Positions 60,708-64,000 of a stretch of 64,000 nucleotides of DNA are shown here, piece after piece (positions within the stretch are counted from its first letter, which is position 1; every line of letters begins with the position of its first letter). A program made the translations under genes and the position numbers. The stretch is from Podarcis melisellensis. Lineage: Eukaryota. The notes under the pieces were generated by a model that had not been told where the DNA came from, did no database searches, and saw only the letters and a list, made by a program, of their open reading frames with translations. The stretch lies in the NCBI GenBank assembly GCA_964234715.1, contig OZ174281.1; one strand, given 5' to 3'.

Positions 60708-63700
60708 CAAGGTCTCAGAGGTAGACTTTTCCCACCTAGAATGGCTGTCAGTGTTCTAGCCAAGAACAACCACTCAGCTCTTTCTAGGACTTAACTTATC
60801 CACTGGGAATCCAAACCAGGTTTCCCTGCCTGGTACTAAAGACTTGGTCCCTTGCAAAGGCCAACAAAAAATCAGGAGTATGTTGAACTACCCTAATTCC
60901 CCATCAGAGGATCTCAATGATCAAGATGGAGCATGGGATCAGATCATCCTTAAGGTACTTTGGGCCCAGGTTGTTTGATTCAGCAGCTTCTGGAAGGATC
61001 CAGATTGGGGAAGGCTGGTATAGTGGATTCATTTTGTTGTATGAAGACTACACAATGTGAACAGGCTCTGTCGTAAGTAGCCACTTCCAGGTTTGTCATT
61101 TGCACATATCTGCTCACATGCCAGCCCAACATAAGCCCCACTTAATTGTCCCATTCTTCCTAGCTGCCAGTCTATGGCTGCCCATTTCTCTTTCTCCTTC
61201 CTTTAGCTGTGGTTTCCTTAACAATGACTGGCTTCTTTTCACTCTATTCAGCAGCATCTCAAAAATGAATTAAGAAGACTAACTTGCTATTTGCTTCCCA
61301 GAGGCATTGAGCAATGAAAATACTTGAACATAAACAAGACAATAGAGAGAATGCAGAGATGCTATGTCACTGAGCTGTTTCTGAATAGAAGACATACCGG
61401 TATTCCTACTTCATTTTGCAAGGCACTTCTTTGGGAGAGATTTATTTGTAGTGACATTAATCAAATGTAAAAAGCTAGGTGTAAGTAGCACAACTGGTAG
61501 TGCTATGATCAGATAAGGTTAGACCTATGTTCATATAGTAGCATATATTTCTAAGTAGCAAGGGTTTTCCTCTTGCAATTATTCAATGGCATCAAAATTA
61601 GGCTTTGGGGAAACATTGTTTCAAGGTTCTGACCTTTTCAGTCGGTACTCAAGTGTATGTTTTCCATCTAAATCTTGTACAGCTGAGCCACTGACATTTC
61701 CAGTTTCTGCAGATCTAGATCTGGAAACAGCAGCCAGCAGAATCACAGAAGATATTGTGTGCCTTAGTTTACATTAATTTGACAGCCTAAATAGGATTGT
61801 CGCTTAATATGCCTGTCAAGTGTAGCTAAATAGCCCTGACACTTAAATTACAGAGCTGCATATCGTCTGCACGATGAACCAGGGAGGGTTCAGAGATAGA
61901 GCCTTCATAACATCCCAGGTTTGATCCCAGGTAAAAAGCGTCAAGTAGAAAATGATGTAAAATACCTTTGCCCATGTCACCAAAGAGCTGTTTCTAGTCA
62001 CAGAAGATAATGCTGATCTGGACTGACAAATAGTCTGACATGGCAAGATGCAGCTCCCTATGTTCCTGAGAATCAGTTACTGTTTTGCAAAGTATTTCTA
62101 CTCTATATGAATGATGAGAAAAAATTATGTTTGGTGTCCAATTGCAGAGGTGGAGTATACTAATTTTCAGTGATGAGATGTGAAGCCTACTCAATGTCTC
62201 TGTGCCTCCATTGCTTGGTTGCTAGGCCAAGACCTTGAAGGGACTTCTATAACGTCTATAAAGAAGAGACTGTGACCGTGTACAATTTTCTTTTCAAAGT
62301 GCTGAAATTACCAGGGAAGTCACACATGAGAATTCAGTCTGACTTTCATTTTACAGGAGCCTTTTCAGGGCCTGGACCTGGCAACATTACTCCCCAATTT
62401 CTGGTATCCATGTTTTCATCTTCCGCCTTCTTGCTCTGTCATTGCCTTATATACCCAACTTAACTGTGCACTCTGCAGATGAGCGCCTCCTGCAGATAGC
62501 ATTTTATCTGGAGGTCTATTTCACACAATGTAGGAATCAGCCCTTAAGTGTTGTGGCATTAATGTGTGGCATGCACTGGGGAGAAAGGAATCTCTTGTAT
62601 TTCATTTTTCTATTGATAGTTTATGCCAAGGATGTCTTCCTGAATAAACTTTCATGTATAAATGACAAATGCTCCCTCCTGCCCCTTAAGTATGGCTGAA
62701 TCTTAAAAACAAGAACAACTCAGATCTAAACAGAAATATACCACCACCTCTATTCAAAATTGTGCAACTGTATTTATAAATGGAGCTGTAAAAAATCCAC
62801 AGCATAATTGAATAATGACTACGCATAAATGAGTCCCATTGACTTCATTGTGGTTTGCTGCAGGACTATTGAACCCGGTGGATTTACTTTTTAATTTGCA
62901 TAGAATTTGTCTAGCCTTTGCATAATTAGAGAATAGGACAGGTTCTGTCACCATTGCAAAGGATGCTGATGACAGAAGAGTTTGTTTTTGTGAACACGTA
63001 TCATTCCAAGTTTCGTTTAAGGCAGCCAAAGATAATCTTGAGACAGCTGGAAGAAAGACTTTGATTTGTTGCAGGTGGCTAGTGTGAGCTCTGTCTTATT
63101 ACTAGCTCTTTGATTTATATGACCTCACCAGGATCTGTTTTATCAGTGAACATAGGAAGTTGCTTAACTGAAGCAGGCAGTAGGTCCACCTTACCTAGTA
63201 AGTTTTCTCTGACAAATAGCAGCTCTACAAGGTCTTAGGGCAGGGGTTTCTTCTGACCCCTTTAATCTGTGATCTGCTAATGGCTGATTTATTTTTATTA
63301 TTTTATTTTATTTTAAAGCACATTTATGCCACTCAATATTTCAAAAGTATCAAAGTGGTGTACAGTTTAAAACACATTATATCATTGAAGCATTTTTTAA
63401 AAAACCAAAACCTCAACTTAGAACCAGGAAAACAGCAATATAGAAACCTCTGAATATTTGCTACACTGTCAGCTGGTGTAAATCAAGCCGCTGTTTAACT
63501 TTGCCACAAGGATGGTGTTAATTCACAGAGCAAGTGGGACTGTAACAATGGAAGCCCCCTCCTGTCAAAGTGCCCCCGCTGTAACCTTCCAATGTGGACA
63601 GTGCGCTCTTTTCACGCTTCCTGCAGATCAAAACATAGAAGCTGTTTCCCCTTCCCACTGCCTCTTTCCTTTCCAGTACCATACAAGCAACAAAAGTGAG

Positions 63701-64000
63701 AAATGAGGGAAACAAACCTTTTAACCAAGGAATCCCCTGGGGTTGAAGCAAGAAGGGAAACTGCTGTAAAAGATCCACATGCATGTTGTAACCTAAATTA
63801 GATTATTTCCTTGGAAACAACTCTTCTGCTACCCCATAGATTCCTCTGCAAGAACCCAATTGCCCTTCAAAGGTGGAAATGTCATAATTCCGACACGCTT
63901 CTGTAAGCTTTCTGGTGTTTTATTCTGAGTGCCAAATTCGAAATTGCAAGTGTTAGATAACTCAGCAAGCCATCTGTAAGATGCAAACCATTTTACACAC

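Noticed and set aside
48000-64000. Exons of a neighbouring gene such as ALKAL1
   Set aside because: No recognisable ORF or exon chain; the short ORFs look random or repeat-derived

Overview
Vertebrate genomic DNA, very likely a squamate lizard judging by its Sauria SINE, BovB, CR1, L2 and Penelope repeats. The window holds the complete + strand RB1CC1 (FIP200, ULK1-complex autophagy scaffold) gene. It has a CpG-island first exon (~97-443), a probable non-coding exon 2 (7008-7126) and 22 coding exons from ATG 8188 to TAA 46731. I spliced these by hand with consistent phases to 1591 aa, or 1594 aa with a tandem alternative donor in the Claw domain. The 3' UTR follows, then ~16 kb of intergenic, repeat-containing DNA. 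The most striking non-genic structure is in intron 20: a very young, TSD-flanked Penelope-like insertion (40021-40425). It forms a perfect 171-bp inverted repeat, and each arm carries a minimal hammerhead-ribozyme motif, one of them in the pre-mRNA sense orientation. Other points of interest are a multi-uORF leader with one uORF overlapping the main ATG, a stop-free in-frame 96-nt intron, a young BovB fragment, solo LTRs, a fold-back palindrome/duplication, and an unexplained coding-like segment downstream of the gene. Repeat-family names and homology calls come from recognition, not from database searches.
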